64,000 bases of DNA from Deltaproteobacteria bacterium (lineage in GTDB: Bacteria > Myxococcota > JACRCW01): NCBI GenBank assembly GCA_016218805.1, contig JACRCW010000022.1, positions 1 to 64,000 on the forward strand, given 5' to 3'. Numbering within the stretch: the stretch's first letter is position 1; the number at the start of each line of letters is the position of its first letter. Below, piece by piece: positions 25,713 to 34,744 of the stretch. Both the position numbers and the translations under genes were made by a program. The notes under the pieces were generated by a model. That model made no database searches. It was not told the origin of the DNA and saw only the letters and a program-made list of their open reading frames with translations.

Positions 25713-26687
25713 GTGTTCTCTCGCGACGTTCTGAGAATTGATGCCAGCGCAGTTGCCGGGCGAATCCAGCGTGCCGTTGCGCAGCAGGTCCAGGAAACAC
25801 TACGTCGGCGTGGGGCGGTCCTTGGCCTGAGCGGTGGCGTGGACAGTTCCGTGGTGGCTGCCCTGTGTACGCGCGCGCTGGGTCCCAACCGCGTGGTGGG
25901 CCTGCTGATGCCCGAGCGGGATTCGTCGCCAGACGCGCTGCGCCTCGGACACCGGGTGGCGGATTCGCTGGGAATCAAGACCATTGTTGAAGACGTGGGA
26001 CCCACGCTGGAAGCGGCTGGGTGCTATTCCCGCCAGGCGGAGGCCATCCGCACCGTGTTCCCGGACTACGGGGACGGTTGGAAGTGCAAGATCACGCTTC
26101 CGTCCATCCTGGACAGCGAGCGCCTCAACATCTTCCAGCTGACGGTGGAGGACCCCGCGGGGCAGCGGCAGAGCTCGCGCATGCCACCTGCCGCGTACCT
26201 GCAGCTGGTGGCGGCCACCAACTTCAAGCAGCGCACGCGGAAACTGATGGAATACTACCACGCCGATAGGCTGCTTTACGCCGTGGCCGGCACACCCAAC
26301 CGCCTGGAGTACGACCAGGGCTTCTTTGTGAAGCAGGGTGACGGCGCCGCAGACATCAAGCCCATTGCGCACCTGTACAAGACGCAGGTCTATCAATTGG
26401 CCGCGTTTCTGGGCATCCCGGAGGAGGTGCGCAGCCGTCCGCCCAGCACGGACACCTACTCGCTGCCCCAGACGCAACAGGAGTTCTTCTTTGCGCTTCC
26501 GTATGACCAGATGGACGTCTGCCTGTGGGGCGTGGACCACCAGGTGCCGGCGGCTGACGTCGCCGCGGACCTGGGCCTGGACCAGTCCCAGGTTGAGCGC
26601 GTGTACCACGACATTCAGGCCAAGCGGCGCAACGCCACGTACCTGCACGCGCCACCGCTGCGGGTTGAAGAGCCGCCGGAGGTGTGA
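25713..26687 (+). CDS. nadE: NadE-like NH3-dependent synthetase (cluster-associated paralogue)
   Basis: LGLSGGVDSS PP-loop, NFKQRTRK, GTPNRLEYDQGFFVKQGDG, IAHLYKTQV. Confidence 0.85.
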   Translation: MFSRDVLRIDASAVAGRIQRAVAQQVQETLRRRGAVLGLSGGVDSSVVAALCTRALGPNRVVGLLMPERDSSPDALRLGHRVADSLGIKTIVEDVGPTLEAAGCYSRQAEAIRTVFPDYGDGWKCKITLPSILDSERLNIFQLTVEDPAGQRQSSRMPPAAYLQLVAATNFKQRTRKLMEYYHADRLLYAVAGTPNRLEYDQGFFVKQGDGAADIKPIAHLYKTQVYQLAAFLGIPEEVRSRPPSTDTYSLPQTQQEFFFALPYDQMDVCLWGVDHQVPAADVAADLGLDQSQVERVYHDIQAKRRNATYLHAPPLRVEEPPEV

Positions 26688-26689
26688 CC

Positions 26690-28699
26690 GTGTGCGGAAT
26701 CACCGGAATTGTCGCGCTGGGACCATCAGGGCGTGTGCCGGACACTGCGGAGGTCACGGCCATGGTCGCGGCGCTGCGGCACCGCGGTCCAGACGAATTC
26801 GGCATGTTCCGGGATCACCGCGCAGCGCTTGGCCACGCGCGGCTTTCCATTGTTGACCTTTCTAACGGCCAGCAGCCCATGTGCAATGAAGACGGCACGC
26901 TGTGGGTCGTGTTCAATGGCGAGATCTACAACCACGTTGAGCTCCGTGTGGAGCTTCAGGCCCTGGGCCACCGGTTCCGCACCCGCTGTGATACCGAGGT
27001 GATTCTCCACGCATTTGAATCCTGGGGCGAGGATGCGTTCCGGCGCTTCAACGGCCAGTTTGCGCTGGCCCTGTGGCATGCGTCGGACGGGACCCTGGTG
27101 CTGGCGCGCGACCCGCTGGGCGTGCGCCCGGTGTACCTGTGCGAGCACGCCGGGCGGCTGTACTTCGCCAGCGAGCTCAAGGCGATCTTTGCAGCCGACC
27201 CGTCCATTCCGCGCGAATTCGATCCGGCGGGACTGGCGGAGACCTTCACGTTCTGGACGGTGGTGCCGCCGCAGTCCGTGTTCCGCGGGGTCACGGAACT
27301 GGAACCCGGGCACGCGCGGACGTACGCGCGCGGAACGGTGCGGGACACCTGCTTCTACCAGCCGCGCTTCCCCGTGGAAGCGCGTGGCGAACTCCGCGTG
27401 CCGCTGGCGGACGCCGTGGAGCAGGTGCGCTCCGCCCTGCAGGAGGCGGTGCGGTTGCGCATGCTGCGCTCGGACGTCCCGGTTGGCAGCTACCTCTCCG
27501 GCGGCCTGGACAGTTCGCTTATCGCTGCGCTTGGCCGCACCTACCTCGGTGACCGGCTCCGAACCTTTTCCCTGCGTTTTGCTGACGCCGAATACGACGA
27601 AACGCCCTACCAACGCGCCATGGTGAAGCGCATGCAAAGCGATCACCGCGAATTGCTGGTGCGGCGGGAAGACATCGCGAACATTTTCCCGGACGTCGTG
27701 GAGCACGCGGAACGGCCCCTTCTTCGTACCGCACCCGCACCGCTGTTCCTGCTGTCGCGGCTGGTCCGGGATGCGGGAATCAAGGTGGTTCTCACCGGTG
27801 AGGGCGCGGACGAGATGTTTGCGGGATACGACCTGTTCCGCGAGGGCAAGGTGCGGCGCTTCTGGGGTCGCCAGCCTGGCTCGTCGCTGCGGCCGCGCCT
27901 GCTGGACCGGCTCTATCCGTACCTGGCGCGCTCGCCGGTCTCGCAGCAGGCCATGGCGCGCGAGTTCTTTGGCCGCGGCCGGGAGCGCTGGCAGGACGCG
28001 GGATTCGCGCACCAGCCGCGGTGGCAGGGCGCCGCCAGCCTGCAGCGCCTGTTTGCCGGCGGCCTGCGGCACGCGGCGCGGGAGGCGGATGTGGTGGGCC
28101 GGCTGCTGCGTTCCCTGCCCGCCGAGTTCCCGCGGTGGACGTCGCTGGCGCAGGACCAGTACCTGGAGGTGCGCACGCTGTTGTCGGGCTACCTGCTGTC
28201 GTCCCAGGGTGACCGCATGCTGATGGCCCACTCGGTGGAGGGCCGGTTCCCGTTCCTGGATCCCGGCGTGGTGGCCCTGGCCAACGCGTTGCCGCCCGCC
28301 CACAAGCTGCACGTGCTGGACGAAAAGCACGTCCTGAAGCGCGTGAGCGACGGCCTGGTGCCGCCGGAGATCATCCGGCGTCCCAAGCAGCCGTACCGCG
28401 CGCCGGATGCGCTGGCATTTGTGGGGCCGGGAGCACCGGACTGGGTGGGACAGGTGCTGAGCGAATCTGCCGTGTTCGCGGCCGGTGTGTTTGACCCGCG
28501 CGCGGTCACGCACCTGTGGCGGAAGGTGCTGGCGCACGACGCGGGTGAGCCGTTCTCCAACGCCGACAACATGGCGCTGGTGGGGGTGCTGTCCACGCAG
28601 TTGCTGCATCACTCGCTGGTGGCCCGGACTCCCGCCGCCGGTCCACCGGTTCACTTCAAGACCCGCATTGACCGTGTTGCCGTGGAGGATTCCCGATGA
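26690..28699 (+). CDS. asnB: Asparagine synthase (glutamine-hydrolysing)-family amidotransferase
   Basis: MCGI N-terminal nucleophile Cys (GTG at 26690, GGAGG RBS), HRGPD, FNGEIYN, LSGGLDSS, GEGADE, EGRFPFLD. Confidence 0.95.
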   Translation: MCGITGIVALGPSGRVPDTAEVTAMVAALRHRGPDEFGMFRDHRAALGHARLSIVDLSNGQQPMCNEDGTLWVVFNGEIYNHVELRVELQALGHRFRTRCDTEVILHAFESWGEDAFRRFNGQFALALWHASDGTLVLARDPLGVRPVYLCEHAGRLYFASELKAIFAADPSIPREFDPAGLAETFTFWTVVPPQSVFRGVTELEPGHARTYARGTVRDTCFYQPRFPVEARGELRVPLADAVEQVRSALQEAVRLRMLRSDVPVGSYLSGGLDSSLIAALGRTYLGDRLRTFSLRFADAEYDETPYQRAMVKRMQSDHRELLVRREDIANIFPDVVEHAERPLLRTAPAPLFLLSRLVRDAGIKVVLTGEGADEMFAGYDLFREGKVRRFWGRQPGSSLRPRLLDRLYPYLARSPVSQQAMAREFFGRGRERWQDAGFAHQPRWQGAASLQRLFAGGLRHAAREADVVGRLLRSLPAEFPRWTSLAQDQYLEVRTLLSGYLLSSQGDRMLMAHSVEGRFPFLDPGVVALANALPPAHKLHVLDEKHVLKRVSDGLVPPEIIRRPKQPYRAPDALAFVGPGAPDWVGQVLSESAVFAAGVFDPRAVTHLWRKVLAHDAGEPFSNADNMALVGVLSTQLLHHSLVARTPAAGPPVHFKTRIDRVAVEDSR

Positions 28700-30252
28700 A
28701 TCCCATCCCCCTGCTGCATGACTACCTGGCAGACGCCGCGCAGCGGTACCCCGAGAAGGTGGCGCTGGTGTGCGGCGATCAACGCGTACGCTACGGCGAG
28801 CTGGACCAGCGCGCCAACGCTCTGGCCAGCGCGCTGGTGGGACGCGGCGTGGCGCGCGGCGACCGGGTGGTGATCTTTGGTGACAATCTTCCTGAAACCG
28901 CGCTGTCGTTCTGGGCGGTGCTGAAGGCGAATGCGGTGGTTTCCATCGTCAATCCGCTCACCCGCCCGGACAAGCTGGCGTACCTGCTCAATGACTGCCG
29001 CGCCACCGCGCTGATTGCTGATGCTCACCTGGGGCGCGTGTTTGTCCACGCGGCGGCACGCGCCCCGTCCTTGCGCGCGGTGGTGGCGTTTGGACGCGGT
29101 GTGCACACGCCAGCCATGAAGGCTCTGCCCGGATTCTCCGCGTTGGAGAGCATCCTCGCCGGGAGTTCCGGCGCGGTGTGCCCAACAAGGCGGACGCTGG
29201 ACGTGGACCTGGCCAGCCTCATCTACACCTCCGGCACAACCGGCGAGCCCAAGGGCGTGATGCTCACGCACCGCAACATGCTCACCGCCGCAACGTCCAT
29301 CTCCAGCTACCTGGAGGTGGCGCATGACGAAGTCATCCTCGGCGTGCTGCCGCTCGCGTTCGACTACGGCCTCTATCAGATGATCATGGCGTTCCGGGAA
29401 GGTGCGCGTCTGGTGCTGGAGCGCTCCTTTGCGTTCCCTACGCAGGTACTGAACCGCGTGGTGCAGGAAGGCGTGACCGGCTTCCCGGGCGTGCCCACCA
29501 TCTTTGCCATGCTGGCGGAAATGACGTCGCTGAGCGAGTACGACTTCTCGCGCATCCGCTACGTGACCAACACCGCCGCGGCGCTCCCCGTGAAGCACAT
29601 CCGGATGCTGCAGGGTCTCTTCCCCAAAGCCCGCATCTACTCCATGTACGGCCTCACGGAGTGCAAACGGTGCACGTACCTGCCGCCCGACGACATCAAC
29701 CGCAAGCCAACGAGCGTGGGCGTGGCGATCCCGAACACAGAACTGTGGCTGGTGGATGAGAACGACCGGAAACTGGGGCCCAACAAAGTGGGCCAACTGG
29801 TTGTTCGCGGGGCCACGGTGATGCGCGGCTACTGGGAGAAACCCGAGGAAACTGCCCGCAAGCTGCGCCCCGGTCCGCTTCCCGGCGAGCAGGTGCTCTA
29901 CACGGGGGACCTGTGTCGGATGGACGACGACGGTTACCTCTACTTCGTGGCGCGGATGGACGACATCATCAAGACCTGCGGCGAGAAAGTGGCGCCCAAG
30001 GAGGTTGAGCACGCCATCATGGACATTTCGGGTGTGCGGGAGGCCGCCGTCATTGGCATCCCGGATGACGTGCTCGGCCAGGCGGTCAAGGCGTTTGTGG
30101 TGTTGGAGCGCGGCGCCCGCCTGGACGAGCACGTCATCATTCGCGAGTGCCAGCGGCGGCTGGAGCGCTTCCTGGTTCCCAAGCTGGTGACCTTTGTCCC
30201 CGAATTGCCGAAGACCGACACCGGGAAGGTCACCAAAGCAGGTCTTGCCTGA
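28696..30252 (+). CDS. AMP-dependent acyl-CoA/ACP ligase
   Basis: YTSGTTGEPKG, YGLTE, YTGD, PKTDTGK. Confidence 0.93.
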   Translation: MNPIPLLHDYLADAAQRYPEKVALVCGDQRVRYGELDQRANALASALVGRGVARGDRVVIFGDNLPETALSFWAVLKANAVVSIVNPLTRPDKLAYLLNDCRATALIADAHLGRVFVHAAARAPSLRAVVAFGRGVHTPAMKALPGFSALESILAGSSGAVCPTRRTLDVDLASLIYTSGTTGEPKGVMLTHRNMLTAATSISSYLEVAHDEVILGVLPLAFDYGLYQMIMAFREGARLVLERSFAFPTQVLNRVVQEGVTGFPGVPTIFAMLAEMTSLSEYDFSRIRYVTNTAAALPVKHIRMLQGLFPKARIYSMYGLTECKRCTYLPPDDINRKPTSVGVAIPNTELWLVDENDRKLGPNKVGQLVVRGATVMRGYWEKPEETARKLRPGPLPGEQVLYTGDLCRMDDDGYLYFVARMDDIIKTCGEKVAPKEVEHAIMDISGVREAAVIGIPDDVLGQAVKAFVVLERGARLDEHVIIRECQRRLERFLVPKLVTFVPELPKTDTGKVTKAGLA

Positions 30253-30268
30253 TGCAGAGGAGGGTTCA

Positions 30269-30529
30269 ATGGACACCCAGCAACGTCTCCGAGGGTTCAT
30301 CACCGAGAACTTCTATGTGCCCGACGCGGAGGAACTCGCGCTGGACACACCGCTGATCGACGCAGGGATCGTCGACTCCACGGGCATGCTGGAGGTGATC
30401 GCATTCATTGAGGGAGCGTTTGGCATCCGCGTGGAGGACCGCGAGACGCTGCCCGAGAACCTGGGCACGCTGGGGCGGATCCTTGCGTTCATTGCGCGCA
30501 AGCAGGGCGGCGCGGTGGCGGCGGCGTGA
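30269..30529 (+). CDS. Acyl carrier protein
   Basis: GIVDSTGMLE phosphopantetheine Ser motif; acidic 86 aa; GAGGAGG RBS. Confidence 0.92.
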   Translation: MDTQQRLRGFITENFYVPDAEELALDTPLIDAGIVDSTGMLEVIAFIEGAFGIRVEDRETLPENLGTLGRILAFIARKQGGAVAAA

Positions 30530-31035
30530 GGACGGTCTCCGTCCTTGTTGGGTGGACCCGGCGGCTCCACGCGCTGCGCGGCCGCGCGCGGCTGTGGCGG
30601 TGCCAGCGCGTGGGGCGCGACGTATGGGTGCGCGGGATTGTGCGGGTTCACGGCGGCGGCCGTGTCACCGTGGGCGCGCGCGCGCGGATGGACGCGCGCA
30701 CCGCGCCCATTGAGATCCATGCCCTGCCCGGCGCGGAAATCATCATCGGTGACGACGTCAGCATCCGCGGCGGCGCGTCCATCGAGGCCCGGGCGCGCGT
30801 CGTCATCGGTGACCGGGCGCACTTGGACGGATTCTGCAAGATCGTTGACAACCACTTCCACCCGGTGCGCGGCGACCGCCACGCCAGGCCGGAGTCACAA
30901 CCGGTGGTGCTGGAGCCGGACGTGGTGCTCGGCTGGCGCGCCGTGGTGTTGCCGGGCGTTACCGTCGGGCGCGGCACATTCATTCATGCGGGCACGGTGG
31001 TGCGCCGGTCACCCGGCGCGCCCAAGGAGGCGTGA
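30526..31035 (+). CDS. Hexapeptide-repeat (LbH) acyltransferase
   Basis: IIIGDDVSI, IVDNHFH, VLPGVTVGRG. Confidence 0.8.
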   Translation: MRTVSVLVGWTRRLHALRGRARLWRCQRVGRDVWVRGIVRVHGGGRVTVGARARMDARTAPIEIHALPGAEIIIGDDVSIRGGASIEARARVVIGDRAHLDGFCKIVDNHFHPVRGDRHARPESQPVVLEPDVVLGWRAVVLPGVTVGRGTFIHAGTVVRRSPGAPKEA

Positions 31036-31039
31036 GGCC

Positions 31040-31630
31040 ATGCGTCCGCGCCTTGCCCGGCTCAAGCGCGTGCTCAACACGCTTCGTGATGATCCATTCA
31101 AGGCCATTACCCGCAGCGTGGACGTGACGCGCGCGCAACTGTTCCTGTTCGGCTGTGCGCTGGGAACGGGCGTCTGCGCCTCCGGTGCGCTGCGCGTTGT
31201 CGGCCCGGGGCGCATCCACGTTGGGGACCGCGTGACGTTTGTGGGCGGCGTGACGCCCACCGAACTCATCTGCCACCCGGGCGGCGCGCTCATCATCGGC
31301 GAGGAATCGCTGTTCAATTACGGCGTTTCCGTCGAGAGCCACGGCGCGGTCACCATTGGACGCCGCTGCATGCTGGCCTCGTATGTCCGCATCTGTGACG
31401 GTGCGCGGGACGGCCCCCGGCCCATCACCATCGAGGACGACGTCTGGCTCGCCCACGGTGTCATCGTTGAGCCCGGGGTCACCATTGGTGCGGGCTCCGT
31501 GGTCTCAGCGGGGAGCGTGGTCACGCGGGACGTCCTGCCCGGGTCGCTGGCAGCGGGGAATCCCGCGCGCTGCATGAGCCTCAATCTGGCTGCGCCCGTG
31601 GCCGCGCACACCGCGCCCCGTTTCTCCTGA
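31040..31630 (+). CDS. Hexapeptide-repeat (LbH) acyltransferase
   Basis: PITIEDDVWL...PGVTIGAGSVVSAGSVVTRDV...GNPAR; AGGAGG RBS. Confidence 0.88.
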   Translation: MRPRLARLKRVLNTLRDDPFKAITRSVDVTRAQLFLFGCALGTGVCASGALRVVGPGRIHVGDRVTFVGGVTPTELICHPGGALIIGEESLFNYGVSVESHGAVTIGRRCMLASYVRICDGARDGPRPITIEDDVWLAHGVIVEPGVTIGAGSVVSAGSVVTRDVLPGSLAAGNPARCMSLNLAAPVAAHTAPRFS

Positions 31631-31713
31631 CCGCGGATTCCGTCTCACCCCGTCTCACCCGCTTCCCAGCGTTTGTGCCACGGCCCACGGCGTCAGGACC
31701 GCATTCTGACGGG

Positions 31714-31729
31714 CGGCGCGGCGGTTGCA
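31714..31729 (+). promoter_or_regulatory. sigma54 promoter candidate for wzy
   Basis: CGGCGCGGCGGTTGCA; tandem CGTCTCACCC x2 at 31641-31660 upstream. Confidence 0.55.
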
Positions 31730-31762
31730 GCGCAACGGCGATGAGCGCGGCTCGGAGGAACC

Positions 31763-33316
31763 GTGACAACGCTTCCGCTTGTTGCCCCCCCACGCGCCGC
31801 GCACGGGCCGGCGGAGGTCTCGTGGGGATACTTTGCGCTCGTTGGCACGTTGGTGGTGCTGGGGGTGGTGATCAACGCGGCCACGGGCGGCAACGTCCTG
31901 CTGGCAGTGCTGCCCGCACTGGTCATTGCCGGCGCCTGGGCCCTGTGGCGGCTGCCCATGCGCCACACGCTGCTCGTGCTGCTGCTCGTCGCGCTGGTTG
32001 TTGACAACCCGTCCGAGCGGCCGCAGCAGGGCCGGTGGCAATCCCTTCTCTACGACCCGGGAACGCTGCTGTACCTGAACCTGCACGTGACCACGGGAGT
32101 CTCCGCGCTGCGCTTCTCGCTGTTGGAGGTGCTGTTGGCGTTTCTCGCCGCGGTGGCGGCGGCCCGCGCGGTCCGCGGCACCACGGAGGATGGCCCAGCG
32201 GGGGCCGCGGGTGCGCGCCCGCTGGGGCAAGCCCTGGTGACCTATTCCGCCGCGTTGGCGGTGTTTGCGGCCTGGGGCCTGGTCCGCGGTGGCAGCGGGG
32301 TGCAGATCCTCTGGCAGGTGCGGCAACTGGGATGGCTGCCGGTGCTGGTGTTCCTGGCCATGCGCGCGTTCCGGTCCCGCGCGGACGTGTGGAGGCTGTC
32401 CGCGGCCATGATCCTGGCGGCGCTCATCCGGGGCGGCGTGGGAATCTACTACTACTTCGCCATCTGCCGGCCGCAGGGTTACACACCGGACTTTGTCACC
32501 ACGCACGGTGATTCCATGCTTTTCGGAATCGCGTTCATCATTCCGCTGATCTGTCTGCTTGAGCGGCCAGGCGCGTCGTCGGTGTGGCTGTCGCTGCTGG
32601 TGCTGCCGCCGGTGGGCCTGGCGTTGGTGCTCAACAACCGCCGGCTCGCGTTTGTGAGCCTGCTGGTGGCGCTGGTCGCCCTGGCGTTCTCGCTGCGGCG
32701 CTCCGTGCGGCTCGCCCTCGCCCGCGCGCTGATCGTCGGGGCGCCACTGCTCCTCGGGTACATTGTGCTCGGCTGGAACTCCGCGTCCGCATTCTTCGCG
32801 CCCATTGCCCGCATCAAGAGTGCTGCGGACCCCGGCAACACTTCCAACCAGACCCGGGACATTGAGAACACCAACCTCATCGTCACCTACCTGCAGAACC
32901 CGCTGGTCGGGAGCGGGTTTGGCCACGAGTACATCGAGGGCGTGCGGGCCTTCGACATCTCCACGCTGTTCGCCCAATACCGCTATATCGCGCACAACAG
33001 CGTGCTGTGGCTGTGGAGCCAGGCGGGAATTGTCGGGTTCCTGCTCTTCTGGGCGCCGTTTCTCGTCGGCGTGTTCCTGGCCACGCGCACCTACCGCTGC
33101 GCGGAGTCCGGCACGCAGCGGGTGGCGGCCATGACCACGCTGGCGGCGCTGGTCTGTTACTTCGGCCAGGCCTACGGCGACATGGGTCTGCAGAGCTGGA
33201 CCGGGACGCTGGTGCTGTCAGCGTGGCTGGGCGTCACCGGTCACCTGGCGGTGGTGACGTCCGCTTGGCCGGAAGGAGAAGGCGTCTTGCGGTGGCCAAC
33301 ACACGCTGCCGGCTGA
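31763..33316 (+). CDS. wzy: Wzy-type polysaccharide polymerase (O-antigen ligase superfamily)
   Basis: Many TM helices; NNRR, SNQTRDIEN, PLVGSGFG, AHNSVL motifs. Confidence 0.82.
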   Translation: MTTLPLVAPPRAAHGPAEVSWGYFALVGTLVVLGVVINAATGGNVLLAVLPALVIAGAWALWRLPMRHTLLVLLLVALVVDNPSERPQQGRWQSLLYDPGTLLYLNLHVTTGVSALRFSLLEVLLAFLAAVAAARAVRGTTEDGPAGAAGARPLGQALVTYSAALAVFAAWGLVRGGSGVQILWQVRQLGWLPVLVFLAMRAFRSRADVWRLSAAMILAALIRGGVGIYYYFAICRPQGYTPDFVTTHGDSMLFGIAFIIPLICLLERPGASSVWLSLLVLPPVGLALVLNNRRLAFVSLLVALVALAFSLRRSVRLALARALIVGAPLLLGYIVLGWNSASAFFAPIARIKSAADPGNTSNQTRDIENTNLIVTYLQNPLVGSGFGHEYIEGVRAFDISTLFAQYRYIAHNSVLWLWSQAGIVGFLLFWAPFLVGVFLATRTYRCAESGTQRVAAMTTLAALVCYFGQAYGDMGLQSWTGTLVLSAWLGVTGHLAVVTSAWPEGEGVLRWPTHAAG

Positions 33317-33456
33317 GGCCGGGGTGGTGGCCGCAGTATCCGCGCCCTTTGGCGGGGATTTCGCCGAGCACTGACCTTGCAGGTCCATGGCGGGTGATCA
33401 TTCTCAGTCCGGTCCGTGGTGTGGGCGACCGTCACTGACGGACCGTGGGAGGCCGT

Positions 33457-34704
33457 ATGGGTCTCAGTGAACGCGCTTGGGCGTGGAGAGCACGAGCGGG
33501 GGCGCTGGGACGCCGCGCCCGGTGCGAGTTGGCGCTGGCCCGACGACGGCTGCAACCTTCGGACACCGCGATGTTCGAGCTTAGGGGACTGCTGCGCGGC
33601 CGGATGCCGGCCAAGATCCTGTTTGGCGGCGGCGCGGCACGGCTGCAGGAAGTCCGCCAATTCCTCTTCCACGGCGCAGTGGAAACACGTGAAATCGGAC
33701 CGGCGTCTCCTTTCCACCTTGGACCGCGCCTTGCCAGGGAGGCGGACCCCGCTGTGCATGCGCTGCTGTGGGACGCGTGGCCATGGGAACACAGCGCGGC
33801 GGGTACGTATGTGGTGCAGGCGTGGTTGGATGCGCACGCTGACCCGGGTCCTGACTGGGAACGCAACGTCAAGTCGCGGGTGAACGAAACGGTAGCGAAG
33901 TGCCTCCGCCGGGCTGAGCGGCTGGGCTGCACCTTCAGCACCAGCCGCGATGGGTCCGAATTGGAGCGTTTTTACAACGAGATGGTCCTTCCGACGGCGC
34001 TGGCCCGCTATGGAGAAGATGTGTTCCTGGCCGACGTGGGCACGTTCCTGGCACGCGGCGCGGGCGAAGACCGGATCCTGCTCAAGGTCCAGCGGGATGG
34101 TATGTGGCTGGCCGGAAGCGTCGTGGTGTTTGCGCCGGAACGGTCGGAGGCTTGGATGCTGAACTGTGGGATGGCATCCACGGTGCTGGCGGACCGGGCG
34201 TTGACCGCGGAAGTGAACGCACTCAAGCGCGCGTGGGTGTTCAAAGAGGCCAGCCGGCGGGGCCTGCGGGTGAATCTGGCGCTGACGCGGCCATTCCTGG
34301 ACGACGGCGTGTTTGACAACAAGCGCCGCTGGGGGTGCTGGCTGCAACAGGTTCCGGCGCTGCCGCGCTACCGAATGCAGCTGGCACCTCAGCACGTGGA
34401 CGGCTTTCTGCGCGTGGCGCCGTTTTTCCACCTGGCACCGGACGGCGTGCGGGGCGTGCTGGCGTTTGCACCGTCGCTGCCGGACGCGGTTGAGGAGCTG
34501 CGGGCGCGGCTCAACGCCTGCGTGTTTCCCGGGTTGCGGGGCCTCACGGTGCGCGTGGCTGGCGGGGCGGAGCTGTTGGCGGAGTTGTCCCGGGCGGTCC
34601 CCGCCGTGAAGGGTTGCGGGGTGAGCTACCAGGCTGCGGGGCCGGAGCAGCGCGCTGGCGCGCACGCCGGAGACCTGGAGATGGGCGGCCGCCCGGCCGG
34701 GTGA
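33457..34704 (+). CDS. FemAB-like GNAT-fold protein (paralogue A)
   Basis: ELERFYNEMVLPTALARYG and NLALTRPFLDDGVFDNKRRWG; GGGAGG RBS. Confidence 0.65.
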   Translation: MGLSERAWAWRARAGALGRRARCELALARRRLQPSDTAMFELRGLLRGRMPAKILFGGGAARLQEVRQFLFHGAVETREIGPASPFHLGPRLAREADPAVHALLWDAWPWEHSAAGTYVVQAWLDAHADPGPDWERNVKSRVNETVAKCLRRAERLGCTFSTSRDGSELERFYNEMVLPTALARYGEDVFLADVGTFLARGAGEDRILLKVQRDGMWLAGSVVVFAPERSEAWMLNCGMASTVLADRALTAEVNALKRAWVFKEASRRGLRVNLALTRPFLDDGVFDNKRRWGCWLQQVPALPRYRMQLAPQHVDGFLRVAPFFHLAPDGVRGVLAFAPSLPDAVEELRARLNACVFPGLRGLTVRVAGGAELLAELSRAVPAVKGCGVSYQAAGPEQRAGAHAGDLEMGGRPAG

Positions 34705-34744
34705 GCACCCGGCGGGATGGCAGGGGGGCCGGATGGAGGAAGCC

